This document shows, piece by piece, positions 48,741-59,267 of a DNA stretch of 64,000 nt. The translations under genes were made by a program, and so were the position numbers. Under the pieces are notes generated by a model that saw only the letters and a list, made by a program, of their open reading frames with translations, made no database searches and was not told where the DNA came from. Position 1 is the first letter of the stretch, and each line of letters begins with the position of its first letter. Location: the NCBI GenBank assembly GCA_964473825.1, contig CAYYQL010000003.1, forward strand, positions 89,640-153,639, read 5' to 3'. This DNA is from an uncultured archaeon. GTDB taxonomy: Archaea; Asgardarchaeota; Thorarchaeia; Thorarchaeales; Thorarchaeaceae.

Positions 48741-49091
48741 TGGCCCTGGAGCGAAAGCGCAACTGACGGTACTCATCATTCTGATGAGAGCTGAGGAAGC
48801 TCCCAACTACAGTCGGTGCCGGTCCTGTGCAAGCAGGGAGGTGAGAGCCTCGCTCTGGGAACAGAAACGACACCTCCAAGCCACAAATGACAATGATGCG
48901 GAAGTTGAATCCGTTGAGAAGTGTCTTGGTCCGGTTGAAACGACCCATCACCGTGTAGCAACTCCAAGAATACATCGTTGACGTGCCGACCCGAGGTGTA
49001 GGGTAGGAGGCTTAGTCTGATGTTGCAAGGTTCTCGCGTGGCAACACGCCTGAACGGAACAGAATTGGGGCTATTCTTCGGACCAGGGCCA
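48741..49091 (+). ncRNA. rnpB: RNase P RNA
   Basis: P1 TGGCCCTGG/CCAGGGCCA; CR-I GAGGAAGCTCC; AACAGAAAC; TGAAAC; CR-V AACAGAATTGGGGCTA. Confidence 0.93.
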
Positions 49092-49099
49092 ATCCCATT

Positions 49100-49633
49100 T
49101 CAGATATCGTTCATGAACTCCTTCTGGACTTGAACCACTTGAGTACTATCCTTACACTCTGAATAGACTTGAAGAGGTTCCTTGTTCAGAGTGAGAAATG
49201 TTGGCCCCCACTTGAAGACCGACATGAGGTCCTCTGCCTGGTTCTTGAAGCCCATGATATAGAGGGCCGCAGCCACAGCCTCAGCAGTTGATAATTTGAT
49301 TGGCTTGTATGTATTGACTGGATTGGCTGCAACGAGATACGGTAGAGCCCTTTGTCGTGTGCTCCAAGTCTGGGCAAATATCTCTTCAGCCCTTTTCCAC
49401 GAGCAGTCCAGTGCGACAATTCCCGATTTCACCGCATGAACAGAATCTTCTCTTGAGAGAGCTCTCTCCGATACCGGATTCAGGACAATACTCTTGCGCG
49501 GAATCTTCCCGGTCGAATGGACAATTTCGGCCCTACCCATCCGTACAAGCCGTAGTCCTGTGCATTTCTTGGGATCGCACTGTGCAGCGTGATAGATGAT
49601 TACCCGGATTTTCTGTGATTTCGCCATATACAT
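49100..49633 (-). CDS. tsr3: 16S rRNA aminocarboxypropyltransferase Tsr3
   Basis: CDPKKCTG, LDCSW, RALPYLVAANPVN, LSTAEA, FKWG. Confidence 0.95.
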   Translation of the reverse strand: MYMAKSQKIRVIIYHAAQCDPKKCTGLRLVRMGRAEIVHSTGKIPRKSIVLNPVSERALSREDSVHAVKSGIVALDCSWKRAEEIFAQTWSTRQRALPYLVAANPVNTYKPIKLSTAEAVAAALYIMGFKNQAEDLMSVFKWGPTFLTLNKEPLQVYSECKDSTQVVQVQKEFMNDI

Positions 49634-49694
49634 CCAACTGACCTTTCGGAAGAGATTTCAACATTCCCCTTTTCCCCGATTAGTTGTGCTCGGT

Positions 49695-49973
49695 ATGCCT
49701 GCAGACCCAGAACATGCGTGCGAGATATGTGGCGAACCAGTGGTTGAGCTGCATATATGCCGCATGTGCGGGGCTCCTGTATGCAACCAGTGCTGGATTG
49801 CGGGCGATCAGATATGCATTATCTGTATGGAAACGCGATGCCGTATATGCAAGGAATATCACGCATCTCGTGCTTGTGACGCATGTGGTCAACTCGTATG
49901 CGAGGATCACGGTCAACGGATTGATGCAGCTACGGTGTGTGAGGTGTGTTTGAAAGACCAAGCTAAACCCTGA
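49695..49973 (+). CDS. Multi-CxxC zinc-finger protein
   Basis: Eight CxxC/H pairs in ~92 aa. Confidence 0.8.
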   Translation: MPADPEHACEICGEPVVELHICRMCGAPVCNQCWIAGDQICIICMETRCRICKEYHASRACDACGQLVCEDHGQRIDAATVCEVCLKDQAKP

Positions 49974-50065
49974 TAACATCGGGTTGCAGTCATTCATCCC
50001 CTCTGATTGCTGTCTACATCGCACAACAATGGTATTATTACCACCTTCTCTTCTACTCATCTTGC

Positions 50066-51406
50066 GTGAGAAGAATGGCCGTTGAAATACATCTCGGACT
50101 TGATGACATAGATAGCCCACGAGGAGGATGCACGACCCATTTTGCCAGTCTGCTTGTTGAGAGGCTATCCGCGGATGGGGTTCAATGGCTTGACTACCCG
50201 AATCTCATACGCTTGAATCCTAATGTTCCGTATAGGACTCGTGGAAATGGTGCTGTCGCGTTGAGGTTCAAGAGCGATGAGAAATACGCGAAGAATGTGC
50301 TTGAGATCGTACGGGAGATATTCCCCTCCTATATAGAGCGTGGCTATCGCAATACCAATCCTGGAGTAGTCTTGGTGCTTGGAAGACCCACGGAAGAGAT
50401 ACGTGAATTCGGCGAGAAGGCGTTGTGGCGTGTCCAACCACTGGGAAATGTACGTACGATGCTCATAGAGAACGATATTCCCCATATCGCGTCTGGAAAC
50501 GGGAGAGGTCTCATTGGCGCAGTATCTGCCATCGGTAATGTCCTAGATGATGATTATACGTATGAGTTTATTGCCTATCGGAGCGCCGAATTGAATGATG
50601 AAGAGCGCGGAGTCGATCCTGTTTCGGTTGCAGAGATGAACAGAAAAATGGGGGACAAGACCTTTGCCAATGTAGATGAATCAACTGGACAGGTTCTGAT
50701 ACAGCCAAATGGACCCGATCCAGTTTTGTTCGGCATCCGTGGCAACGAAGCTGAAGATGTGAAGGAAGCCGCATCTATGGTAGATTCAGAGCAGACTGTT
50801 GAAAGATGGACTATATTTCGGACGAATCAAGGAACAGACGCTCACCTGTCTAATCTTCTGAAGATCAACAAATTGCGGCCATATCTCTCCGCGAGGGTGC
50901 GCGGCGAAGTTTCGAAGGACCCGCGAATGATAGTAGGTGGACACGTTATCTTCGAGATAGAGGACGAATCCGGTTCGGTTGAGTGTGCTGCCTATGAGCC
51001 CACTGGAGAGTTTCGGGAGATCGTGCAGAAACTCATCCCGGGTGATTTGGTCGAGTTGCACGCCGGTGTGAGGCCAGCATCTCGACAACACGAGCTCACA
51101 CTGAATGTGGAGGGCATGATGATTGTACAACTCACAGAGCATGTTGAAGAGGCGAATCCAACCTGCCCCGACTGCGGAAAACGGATGAAGAGTGCCGGAC
51201 GAAAAAAGGGATACAAATGCCCAAACTGTGGCTTGAAGGCCCCAGATGCCAAGCGGGTGAAGAGCATTCTTCCTCGGGAAATCAATACAGGTCTCTATCT
51301 CCCTCCTGCACGCGCGCAAAGACATCTAACAAGGCCTCTCGGCCGTCAGCCGAGAACTGACCTTGGTAAACCATCTAAACTGATCAAACAGTGGCATGTC
51401 CCCTGA
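50066..51406 (+). CDS. tiaS: tRNA(Ile2) agmatinylcytidine synthetase
   Basis: GLDDIDS..GGCTT, LIRLNPNVPYRTRGNG, GPDPVLFGIRG, TNQGTD, OB fold, Zn ribbon. Confidence 0.95.
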   Translation: MRRMAVEIHLGLDDIDSPRGGCTTHFASLLVERLSADGVQWLDYPNLIRLNPNVPYRTRGNGAVALRFKSDEKYAKNVLEIVREIFPSYIERGYRNTNPGVVLVLGRPTEEIREFGEKALWRVQPLGNVRTMLIENDIPHIASGNGRGLIGAVSAIGNVLDDDYTYEFIAYRSAELNDEERGVDPVSVAEMNRKMGDKTFANVDESTGQVLIQPNGPDPVLFGIRGNEAEDVKEAASMVDSEQTVERWTIFRTNQGTDAHLSNLLKINKLRPYLSARVRGEVSKDPRMIVGGHVIFEIEDESGSVECAAYEPTGEFREIVQKLIPGDLVELHAGVRPASRQHELTLNVEGMMIVQLTEHVEEANPTCPDCGKRMKSAGRKKGYKCPNCGLKAPDAKRVKSILPREINTGLYLPPARAQRHLTRPLGRQPRTDLGKPSKLIKQWHVP

Positions 51407-51449
51407 TTGCGACATGGACATGTGCTAGAACTAATTTTGAAAGTGGTAA

Positions 51450-51848
51450 CTAGACTCTTCGACCGCGTCGTCCGCCGGGCTTTCTCGTACCGTCATGCGG
51501 TATGGGAGTAACCTCGTCGATGATCCCAATCCTCAATCCTGCCCGACTCAGAGCTCGTATTGCTGCTTGAGCACCCGGTCCTGGTGTTTTTGGACCATGT
51601 CCTCCAGGTGCTCGCACTCGAATATGAATCCCATAAACCCCTTTATCCTTGGCCTCTCGGGCAGCCTGAAAAGCCGCCTGCATCGCCGCGTGGGGTGAAG
51701 ACTCATTTCTGTCAGCCTTGACCATCATACCCCCAGAGTATCGCGCAATGGTCTCTGCTCCGGTGACATCTGTGATGTGAACTATGGTGTCATTATAGCT
51801 AGCATAGATGTGCGCAACGGCCCATTTGTCTCTCTCGTCGTGACTCAT
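51450..51848 (-). CDS. rps11: Ribosomal protein uS11
   Basis: [30 protein letters not shown]. Confidence 0.98.
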   Translation of the reverse strand: MSHDERDKWAVAHIYASYNDTIVHITDVTGAETIARYSGGMMVKADRNESSPHAAMQAAFQAAREAKDKGVYGIHIRVRAPGGHGPKTPGPGAQAAIRALSRAGLRIGIIDEVTPIPHDGTRKPGGRRGRRV

Positions 51849-52405
51849 TCTTCTTGGACCTCCCCACCAACCATCCGCCGTGCGGCATCAGAAGCAGCTA
51901 TGCGGGCCGGATGAGTTTCGTCGTTTAGAGGCGACTTGTGATGATACTCAATCCTGTCCTCCTCTCCAACGGTGACAATTCGACTCGGTGCATAAACCTT
52001 AGCGCGGTCAAGGGCTATGTGACCATGGGTAACAAGTTGTCGGGCATGGTGCACTGAGCTGGCAAGACCTTTTCGAAAAACGACAGTCTGAAACCTCCGA
52101 TCCAGCAAGTTCGGCAGTTCGAGGTCAAGAACGTCATCAAGCGTTGCGTTCTGTTCGAGAATGCCTAAGCGAGCAAGCTTAGCAATAAGCTCCTTCTCTT
52201 CGTGAAGACGCTCCTCTGGAGGAATTGCCAGCAGATTACGTGCCTGTCGTCTGAAGTCTGACAATGCAGTTCTATGCTTCCAAAGCTCTCTCTTGTTTCT
52301 AAGACCGTAGGTTCCTATGAGCTTCAGTTCTTGCTCAAATCTCTCGGTCTCGAAGGGCCGCTTTGGAGTCATATACTTCTTTTTCTGTCGACGTGGATCG
52401 CCCAT
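51845..52405 (-). CDS. rps4: Ribosomal protein uS4
   Basis: [26 protein letters not shown]. Confidence 0.97.
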   Translation of the reverse strand: MGDPRRQKKKYMTPKRPFETERFEQELKLIGTYGLRNKRELWKHRTALSDFRRQARNLLAIPPEERLHEEKELIAKLARLGILEQNATLDDVLDLELPNLLDRRFQTVVFRKGLASSVHHARQLVTHGHIALDRAKVYAPSRIVTVGEEDRIEYHHKSPLNDETHPARIAASDAARRMVGGEVQEE

Positions 52406-52408
52406 AGA

Positions 52409-52891
52409 TTAATCCTCCCTCTCAGCTTTGGCCTTCGCAATTAGTTTCTTTCTGGACACACCCACTGACATTCCTGAGCGGCCTGTGGTCCTCGTATGCT
52501 GTCCTCTGACCTTCAGGCCCAATGTGTGCCGTATTCCGCGCCATGACCGAATGCGCTTAAGTCGCTCGATATCATTCTGGTGAGTGAATTCTAAATCTGC
52601 GCCAGTCAGATGTATCATTTTTCCGCTTCGTCGATCACGCTGACGATTCAGCTGCCAGGATGGAAAACCACTCTTCATAGGATTGCCGAGCATGTCTTCT
52701 ATCTTCTCAATCGTCTTATCATCTAGGTGTCCAAGCCTTGCCCTTGGGTCTAGACCCAGCTGGCTGACAACGGTCTTGGATATCCTAAGACCCACTCCCT
52801 TTATTCGGGAGAGACCTTGAATCAGGTTCTCTTGGCCGTCTATGTCTCGGCCGGCCACTCTAACTATGTGATTGTACTCTTGCTCGGACAT
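52409..52891 (-). CDS. rps13: Ribosomal protein uS13
   Basis: SWRGIRH..GLKVRGQHTRTTGR. Confidence 0.97.
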   Translation of the reverse strand: MSEQEYNHIVRVAGRDIDGQENLIQGLSRIKGVGLRISKTVVSQLGLDPRARLGHLDDKTIEKIEDMLGNPMKSGFPSWQLNRQRDRRSGKMIHLTGADLEFTHQNDIERLKRIRSWRGIRHTLGLKVRGQHTRTTGRSGMSVGVSRKKLIAKAKAERED

Positions 52892-52954
52892 GGTGTATTA
52901 CCTCATTCAGACTGGCTTGAGGCTTGCTGGCTTTTTTGAGACACCTTATAATGA

Positions 52955-53446
52955 TTGTCATCAAGCAACCACTATGGCGAGGGGCCTTTTTTAGGTTGCT
53001 GCAGAACAAGTAGTAGGAGAGAGAGTATCCTGTCAGACTACAAGACCCTCCGTAAATCACTAAAGAAAGAACCCATTCCCACACCGTCACAACTTGCAGG
53101 CACTATTGACTGTCTGAGGGAGGTACTAGCAGAGAACATTGTCGTTTCCCAGACTGAACCTCGTTCTACTCTGGTCTCCAGCAATGCTCTAGCAAACCGT
53201 TTCATCATGAATCACTGGGATATTCGTCCATCGCAACGAAAGCGATACAAGAACCTCTTCTTGGCTGTACGACGACGAACACGACGCCTCTTTGAGGGTC
53301 TCTTGGCCAAGGAAAGAATAGAACTTGAGGCAGAAGACACCATCAACACGATTCTTATCCATAAGTTTGACGATGTGCGAGGCAATATCATCCTGGCATT
53401 TAGGGAGATTCCTCAAGGAGCGGAGTACAAGTACGGTTTCCGTTAG
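52955..53446 (+). CDS. Hypothetical basic protein, paralog 1 (true start possibly CTG 53030)
   Basis: Aligns by eye with 53695-54141; AGGAGA SD upstream of CTG 53030. Confidence 0.7.
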   Translation: MSSSNHYGEGPFLGCCRTSSRRESILSDYKTLRKSLKKEPIPTPSQLAGTIDCLREVLAENIVVSQTEPRSTLVSSNALANRFIMNHWDIRPSQRKRYKNLFLAVRRRTRRLFEGLLAKERIELEAEDTINTILIHKFDDVRGNIILAFREIPQGAEYKYGFR

Positions 53447-53492
53447 ACTCCTGCTCCAATCCTCGCTATGTCTTGTTGGTTTCAGCTTCTTC

Positions 53493-53615
53493 CTAACACA
53501 TCACATTCTTGAGGCAATCGGTCAACACCGCCCGCTCATCCGGGCCAACCCAAGAATGGATGTCGTAGTATGCCACTTGTTTCTCCGGTCTGAACTCTTC
53601 TGGGGCGATCTGCAT
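53493..53615 (-). CDS. Possible 40-aa microprotein
   Basis: MQIAPEEFRPEKQVAYYDIHSWVGPDERAVLTDCLKNVMC; weak support. Confidence 0.3.
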   Translation of the reverse strand: MQIAPEEFRPEKQVAYYDIHSWVGPDERAVLTDCLKNVMC

Positions 53616-53652
53616 CGGTCATCACTCTCTATCTAAAAAGAAATCGTGCAGT

Positions 53653-53670
53653 TTGGAACACATGTTCCAA
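53653..53670. promoter_or_regulatory. Palindromic operator candidate TTGGAACA-N2-TGTTCCAA
   Basis: Perfect 8-bp inverted repeat; related GGAAC-T-GTTCC at 53710-53720. Confidence 0.5.
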
Positions 53671-53694
53671 GGTTTTTCTCTCCTGAAATGAACC

Positions 53695-54141
53695 ATGTGG
53701 CCTTCAAAAGGAACTGTTCCGATGTCTAACTGGAGTTGTGTAATGACGCGCTACCTCGATACTAACCGACCGAAGGACAATAAGACTGCCAGTACTTCAA
53801 CTCTGAGCATTCGCAAGCGACTAAGAGTCATACTAAGAAACCGCATTCAGTCTTCTGAGAGAAGAGGCCACTGGAACCTGGTGTCTAGCGAAGACATCGT
53901 GAATCAGTACATCAGGGAACGATGGGGGCTGCTATCTTTTCAGGAACACAGCACCCCTCGCCTATTCAAGCAAGTTAGAGACCAGTCGCGTTTGCTGCTC
54001 CGGCAGTTCATAGAAACGGGACACCTGCAATTGGAGATCGATAGCCAGGTGCAACGATACCTTGTCTACAAATTCAGAGAGACGGATAAGCACATCATCA
54101 TTGGGTTCTTTAGGCCAGATAGGCGGAGTGCAGGGATGTAG
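53695..54141 (+). CDS. Hypothetical basic protein, paralog 2
   Basis: LVSSEDIVNQYIRERW...LFKQVR similar to LVSSNALANRFIMNHW...LFLAVR. Confidence 0.7.
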   Translation: MWPSKGTVPMSNWSCVMTRYLDTNRPKDNKTASTSTLSIRKRLRVILRNRIQSSERRGHWNLVSSEDIVNQYIRERWGLLSFQEHSTPRLFKQVRDQSRLLLRQFIETGHLQLEIDSQVQRYLVYKFRETDKHIIIGFFRPDRRSAGM

Positions 54142-54211
54142 CCTCTCCACGTATAGGTATCTTCTCCGAATGGAAAAGATGAAAAGCAGCGACCAGTTCC
54201 TCTTGGAACGA

Positions 54212-54319
54212 GCCCGGATAGCCAAGCGGTTACGGCGGCAGCCTGGAAGTGGCCATTGGTCAGACAGGCAGCTGCTGTCCTTGACGGACGCGTGAGTTCG
54301 AATCTCACTCCGGGCGCCA
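54212..54319 (+). tRNA. tRNA-Ser(GGA) with ~21-nt intron at 37/38
   Basis: Acceptor GCCCGGA/TCCGGGC, G73-CCA encoded, long variable arm, GTTCGAATC T-loop, anticodon stem GCAGC/GCTGC split by an intron at ~54249-54269. Confidence 0.92.
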
Positions 54320-54391
54320 TGTTTATTCTGTTTTAGGTCTAGAGGGGAAAGAGGGAGCAGCGATGGTGATCAACACACAGCATTAGTCCTC

Positions 54392-55429
54392 CTAATCGCC
54401 CTCTGAGGTGAGACTTGGAGAGATCTCTCCCACGAGATTGGTGATCATCATCTTTCTCACCGTGCCCTCATCATGAGTATGGCCAAGAATCCAGCTCAGT
54501 TTGACCACTGCAGCCTCCGAGGTCATGTCATATGCGCTGATTGCTCCAGCCTCCATAGCAGCCCTTCCAACCTCATATACTGATGGTTCCGCCTGTCCGA
54601 AAGCGCATTGGGATGAAATCACGATGTGACAGTCCTGATTGACAGCTTGTCTGATGGCGCCGACAATCGAGTTTTCCATTGTAGGTATGTTTCCTGATCC
54701 AAAGCCTTCTACTATGATTCCACGATATCCCATCTCAACAATCTTGGAGAGGATGCTCGGAGGCATTCCTGGGAAGACCTTGAGTAGGAACACACGTTCA
54801 TCGATTCGAGTATCAAACTTTGGCACCAGGTTATGGCGCCTTTTTCGTCCTTCGTATAAGACAATGTCCCGTGCCAGTACACCAATGGGAGAGGGGTCCA
54901 TGGAATCAAAGGCATCGTATGCATTCGACCTCACCTTCTTGGTTCTCGTTGGCCGATGTATCTCGCCATTGAATACAATGCATGTTTCTCCGATGTCGCC
55001 GAAAGCTGCCACTCGAAATGCATCTATCATGTTCCTTGGACCATCACTCCAAGGCACTCCGGCTGGAATCTGAGATCCAGTAAAGACTATTGGCTTACCG
55101 AAGTCTTGGATCATTAGGCTAACGGCGGACGCAGAATACACCATCGTGTCTGTTCCATGGGTAATGACGATGCCATCGATGTCGGGCATCTCGTCGTAAA
55201 CGGTCTTGATCTCACCTGCAATCTCCTGCCAGTGGTGAGGTTGTGCATTGGCAGAATCCATCTGAAGTAATTCTCTCTTCACCACTTTGACCCTACCCGT
55301 TCGTCGTGGTAGACTCTCAAGAAGTGCATTGACTGAGAGTTTTGGCCTCAGCCCTTGTGTTTCGGCGTCATAGACACTCGCTATGGTGCCCCCGGTAGTT
55401 ATCAGACATACTTCGGCCTCTTCTGACAT
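54392..55429 (-). CDS. ansA: L-asparaginase type I
   Basis: TGGTIAS, ITHGTDTM, FTGSQ, GSGN, SQC, DMTSEAA. Confidence 0.92.
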   Translation of the reverse strand: MSEEAEVCLITTGGTIASVYDAETQGLRPKLSVNALLESLPRRTGRVKVVKRELLQMDSANAQPHHWQEIAGEIKTVYDEMPDIDGIVITHGTDTMVYSASAVSLMIQDFGKPIVFTGSQIPAGVPWSDGPRNMIDAFRVAAFGDIGETCIVFNGEIHRPTRTKKVRSNAYDAFDSMDPSPIGVLARDIVLYEGRKRRHNLVPKFDTRIDERVFLLKVFPGMPPSILSKIVEMGYRGIIVEGFGSGNIPTMENSIVGAIRQAVNQDCHIVISSQCAFGQAEPSVYEVGRAAMEAGAISAYDMTSEAAVVKLSWILGHTHDEGTVRKMMITNLVGEISPSLTSEGD

Positions 55430-55503
55430 GATAGCACCCGTACGAGCCTAAGATGGCAGGATTTATTGATATTGTGATTAGTTTCTGTCACTGGGTGAGA
55501 CTC

Positions 55504-56712
55504 ATGCATGACGTTATTGTTGTTGGCAGCGGACCCGCAGGTGCAACATGCGCGCGCCGTGTTGCACAGGCCGGACTTGACGTCGTGATGCTTGAGAAGC
55601 ATACTCATCCACGTAACAAGCCCTGTGGGGGAGCATTGAGCCCCCGTATTCTGAATCTCTTAGACTTCGATATTTCTCCCGTTGTGGATCGTGTGCTAAG
55701 TGCAGCCGTCCTCCACTCGCCCTCGAATCGGAGAGTTGTATGTCGCAGAGATGACATAGTCGGCCAGATGGTAAAACGGGCCGATTTTGACAGATTCCTA
55801 GTTGAACAAGCACGTGACGCAGGTGTTGATGTGGTTGAGAATATGCGTGCTGTTGCAGTTGAGAAGGTGCGCGGCGGCGTCAGAGTGTTGTGTCCGGGAG
55901 ATTCGTTCAAAGGGAAACTACTGGTGGGTGCAGACGGGGTTGATGGCATCGTCTCCCGAGAGATTGGCATTCGCTGGCAGTGGCCTGCTGAGAAGATTGT
56001 CCTTTGTATCTCAGGCGATGTGCAGTTGGATTCGGAGGAGATAGAACGAATCATGGCAGTTCGTGATGATACTGACGAAATTGCCATGGACCTCTACTTC
56101 GGCCTCCAACAGAGAGGTTATGGGTGGATCTTTCCCAAACGCGACGAACTCAGCATTGGAATAGGATGCCGAATGGATTCTATGGGGAACATTCGAAATG
56201 AGTGGGGAAGCTTCACTGAAAAAGTTAGAGAAGAGAAAGGCATTCATCTGGATTTTATCCGAAAGGCTTCATTTCGAGTACCTGTAGGCAGGATAGGTTC
56301 TCGATTCACAGGGCGGAGAACGTTGTTGGTGGGTGATGCTGCAGGGCTGGCATCTCCGGTGATAGGTGAGGGAATCTACTACGCCATATACTCCGCCAAG
56401 CTCGCAGCCGATATCATCGGCGAGGCCGCTAAACGGAAATCCCCGTTGTACATCAAGGAGTACGATGTACAGCTTCAGCAGACAATCCTACCTGAGCTTC
56501 AAACTGCAGATCATATTGCCGACTTGCTCTTTAAGTCAGAGAGAAACTCTGAGCTTGTTCTCAAGATGGCATCAGAAGATGCGATCTTGAGAGAACTGAT
56601 GATAGATCTTGTGACAGGGTCTCGACCATACAAGAAGATGCGAATATCAATTGCTAAACACCTCCTCACACACCATCCTCTCAAGGCTGTTCGCCTAGGA
56701 CTGAACATATAG
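55504..56712 (+). CDS. Geranylgeranyl reductase family flavoprotein
   Basis: VVGSGPAG, PRNKPCGG, GADG, GYGWIFPK, VGDAAG...GEGIYYA. Confidence 0.9.
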   Translation: MHDVIVVGSGPAGATCARRVAQAGLDVVMLEKHTHPRNKPCGGALSPRILNLLDFDISPVVDRVLSAAVLHSPSNRRVVCRRDDIVGQMVKRADFDRFLVEQARDAGVDVVENMRAVAVEKVRGGVRVLCPGDSFKGKLLVGADGVDGIVSREIGIRWQWPAEKIVLCISGDVQLDSEEIERIMAVRDDTDEIAMDLYFGLQQRGYGWIFPKRDELSIGIGCRMDSMGNIRNEWGSFTEKVREEKGIHLDFIRKASFRVPVGRIGSRFTGRRTLLVGDAAGLASPVIGEGIYYAIYSAKLAADIIGEAAKRKSPLYIKEYDVQLQQTILPELQTADHIADLLFKSERNSELVLKMASEDAILRELMIDLVTGSRPYKKMRISIAKHLLTHHPLKAVRLGLNI

Positions 56713-56720
56713 CAGGTCTC

Positions 56721-57656
56721 TCAGTCCCTCACTCGTGTTTGATCCTGGTCTACACTGATCTGCATCAAATCCCGCGCAAGAATACTGTTACTGAATACTT
56801 CCCTCGCTTCTAGTAGAATCTGTTCTCCCCCTTCAGCTTCATATCTGGGACTATAGTGGGTCAGTGCGAGAAGCCGCACATTTGCATCTCGAGCCATCTC
56901 GGCGGCTTGGATTGCTGTGGTATGACCTCTTTCAACCGCTAAGTCTCTGTGTTCTTCTGCATACATGGCCTCACATATCAGGAGATTCGCATTCTGAGCG
57001 GCCTCTCTAAGACTGTCGCAAGGTCGTGTATCTCCAGAATAGACTATCTTGATGGGGGGCGGTCTCTCTTCCGTCACCTGTTCAGGTCTGATGGTCGTTC
57101 CGTCATCGAGTTCTATGGTCATTCCGTCAGAGAGCGATTTCCACAGTGGCCCCTCTGGAATTCCAAGTTCTCTGGCCCTATCCGGTAAGAATGTTCCCGT
57201 CATTCGTTGGTATGTGACCTCGAACCCAAATGCCGGTCCACGGTGACTCGCCTCAAATGCTCTTACAGACAACCCATCATCTTCAAAGAGGACTCCGCTC
57301 TCCACACCGTAGACAGTGGTCTCGAAGGTTGTCCCGAGGTGTATCGTCTTCTGGTTCACTTTGATGTATTCAACCAAATCCGGAGGGCCGAAAATCTTGA
57401 GAGGCCTTTGCCTTCCCAACAGCGAGAAACGTAGCAATAGGCCTGGCAGTCCGATTAGGTGGTCTGCATGGATGTGACTGATGAAGATGCGCATAGGCTT
57501 GTTAAGACCGATATTTGCTCTCTCGAGCTGACGCTGAACATCCTCTCCGGCATCCAAGAGTAGGACCCAACCCTCGTGTTGGATTGCAATTGCAGGCAGA
57601 TTGCGTCCCTCTGTGGGGATTGAACCACCTGTACCAAGGAAGGTAACTTCAAACAT
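56721..57656 (-). CDS. rnz: Ribonuclease Z
   Basis: FLGTGGSIP, SHIHADH, GIPEGP exosite, YSGDT, THYSPRY. Confidence 0.96.
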   Translation of the reverse strand: MFEVTFLGTGGSIPTEGRNLPAIAIQHEGWVLLLDAGEDVQRQLERANIGLNKPMRIFISHIHADHLIGLPGLLLRFSLLGRQRPLKIFGPPDLVEYIKVNQKTIHLGTTFETTVYGVESGVLFEDDGLSVRAFEASHRGPAFGFEVTYQRMTGTFLPDRARELGIPEGPLWKSLSDGMTIELDDGTTIRPEQVTEERPPPIKIVYSGDTRPCDSLREAAQNANLLICEAMYAEEHRDLAVERGHTTAIQAAEMARDANVRLLALTHYSPRYEAEGGEQILLEAREVFSNSILARDLMQISVDQDQTRVRD

Positions 57657-57788
57657 AGATGAATCCACAAGATGAATTCTTAGATAGAGCCACATAATAC
57701 TTGTGAAGATGTAGAATTCCGCAAGAGGCCCTAGAAGACTACGGTACAAGCCGAAACAGTCCTGAGACTTGGACTACGCATGTGAGTA

Positions 57789-59141
57789 TCATGCTAGGTC
57801 AACGGGAATGTTCTCGCTGCCCGCATCACGTCTGGCAACGCCATAAGCGACCGGTTCGAAGAACGCACCGTGGTCCCACTTCCAAGAGGAACTTCTATTG
57901 TCAAACATCGTGGACATTGACATTTTTGTTTCCGTTCCTGCAGATATAGTGTGCGCAGAATACTTGTTGACCCGACTTACCTCCTCTTCCAGAATCTGCA
58001 AAATCTTCCTTCCGCTTCCAGCAGGAAGCGCCGCAAGAAACATGATCCTATTATCTTCTGCATCTTCAAGGTTCACTATACGTGACACGTAGGTCTGCGG
58101 CAGCTCTCTCCAGGCAGGAAATATATCCCCTGCAGTCTCGGGAGAGGCTATGACCATTATCTTCTCATTCAGCATGGGAATGTTTACACGTGTTCGCGGC
58201 AACAGAACTGGGGCTCCCGCCTGCTGTATGGCCTTTCTCTTCTTGAAGGCGGTGCTCTCGGAGATGTCTGCCTTTCTTACGATATCCTCGATAGGGCTGT
58301 GGTAGTTCTTTCGAAGCACATCAATGACCTTCAAGTCGTTGTTCTTGAGGTCAGGATATCGTTCTGCCTTGTCAGATGACTCTGCGAGAGTTATGGGCTC
58401 TCCCCCTTGTCGCACGAGCAATCTCTGATGGAGCAGGTCAGGGAACCACGAAGAGCTTGCATAGTCAAAATAGAGGAACGAAAACCTTGGCTTACCCACA
58501 GAGATTCGGAATGCCGAAACGTTATCCGCTGTAGCCCTCAATGACCTGAACAATACGAGCAAGTCCCGCGTTCTCTCGTGAGGGCATGTCACAACCAGGT
58601 GACATCGTGGAATCGCACCATCAACATAGAGACTCTTCTCAATGTAGGGGCCTGCGAGAACCAACCTCGGGTTCTCAAGAATGACCATGACCCTTTCAAG
58701 CCCGATCGATTGATAGTTGAGCATCCCTTCAACGTGCAAGACTCCCGCATGCTCCAGCTTGCGGTACCCTCTTCTTGCACGAGAGTAGCTTATTCCGACC
58801 TGCTTAGAGAGTCTACTGATACTTTTACCGGGTGCCTTCACAGCTCTCTGCAGGACAAGTAACTCGGTGTTGTTCAGTCTAGAGATATTCTCCTCCCAGA
58901 GCTGAGTGAGAAGCGAGAAGAGGTCTCGTTGTGTTGCCAGTGAAGGTCCTCCTAATCTCGCGACTCTTTCCAGCCGCTCCACAAGATCATCGTGAAGACC
59001 ACCTCGATAGGTCTCTACCATTCTTCTGACCTGTTCGATATCTGGTCCGTCACTGAATAGGTCGATGGCTGCCCCCTTCTCTATCATTTGAACTGCTCGG
59101 AGCAGTGCGTTAGCCGATGCTGAAAGCTTGAATCCAGTCAT
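57789..59141 (-). CDS. Large tandem Lrp/AsnC-like HTH regulator
   Basis: Two HTH units (ISRLSKQVGISYSRARR; IEDIVRKADISESTAFK), each followed by an alpha/beta domain. Confidence 0.7.
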   Translation of the reverse strand: MTGFKLSASANALLRAVQMIEKGAAIDLFSDGPDIEQVRRMVETYRGGLHDDLVERLERVARLGGPSLATQRDLFSLLTQLWEENISRLNNTELLVLQRAVKAPGKSISRLSKQVGISYSRARRGYRKLEHAGVLHVEGMLNYQSIGLERVMVILENPRLVLAGPYIEKSLYVDGAIPRCHLVVTCPHERTRDLLVLFRSLRATADNVSAFRISVGKPRFSFLYFDYASSSWFPDLLHQRLLVRQGGEPITLAESSDKAERYPDLKNNDLKVIDVLRKNYHSPIEDIVRKADISESTAFKKRKAIQQAGAPVLLPRTRVNIPMLNEKIMVIASPETAGDIFPAWRELPQTYVSRIVNLEDAEDNRIMFLAALPAGSGRKILQILEEEVSRVNKYSAHTISAGTETKMSMSTMFDNRSSSWKWDHGAFFEPVAYGVARRDAGSENIPVDLA

Positions 59142-59267
59142 GGTCGTTCCTTCCTCACGAGATGCTATTGGAGGGTCTGTGAAAACTGCTCCCTTCTTTC
59201 TCCCTCAAGCGGTCTAATTGGCGGGATCACCATCCCTTATTGTCCTATGCCCCCATTTAACCTCCTC

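Noticed and set aside
53480-53625. UGA-readthrough ORF (MTDADRP...WPG-U-AGG)
   Set aside because: No similarity to any selenoprotein family I know and no SECIS seen
54212-54319. tRNA-Sec
   Set aside because: Anticodon is GGA with a 7-bp acceptor stem; the TCA lies inside the intron
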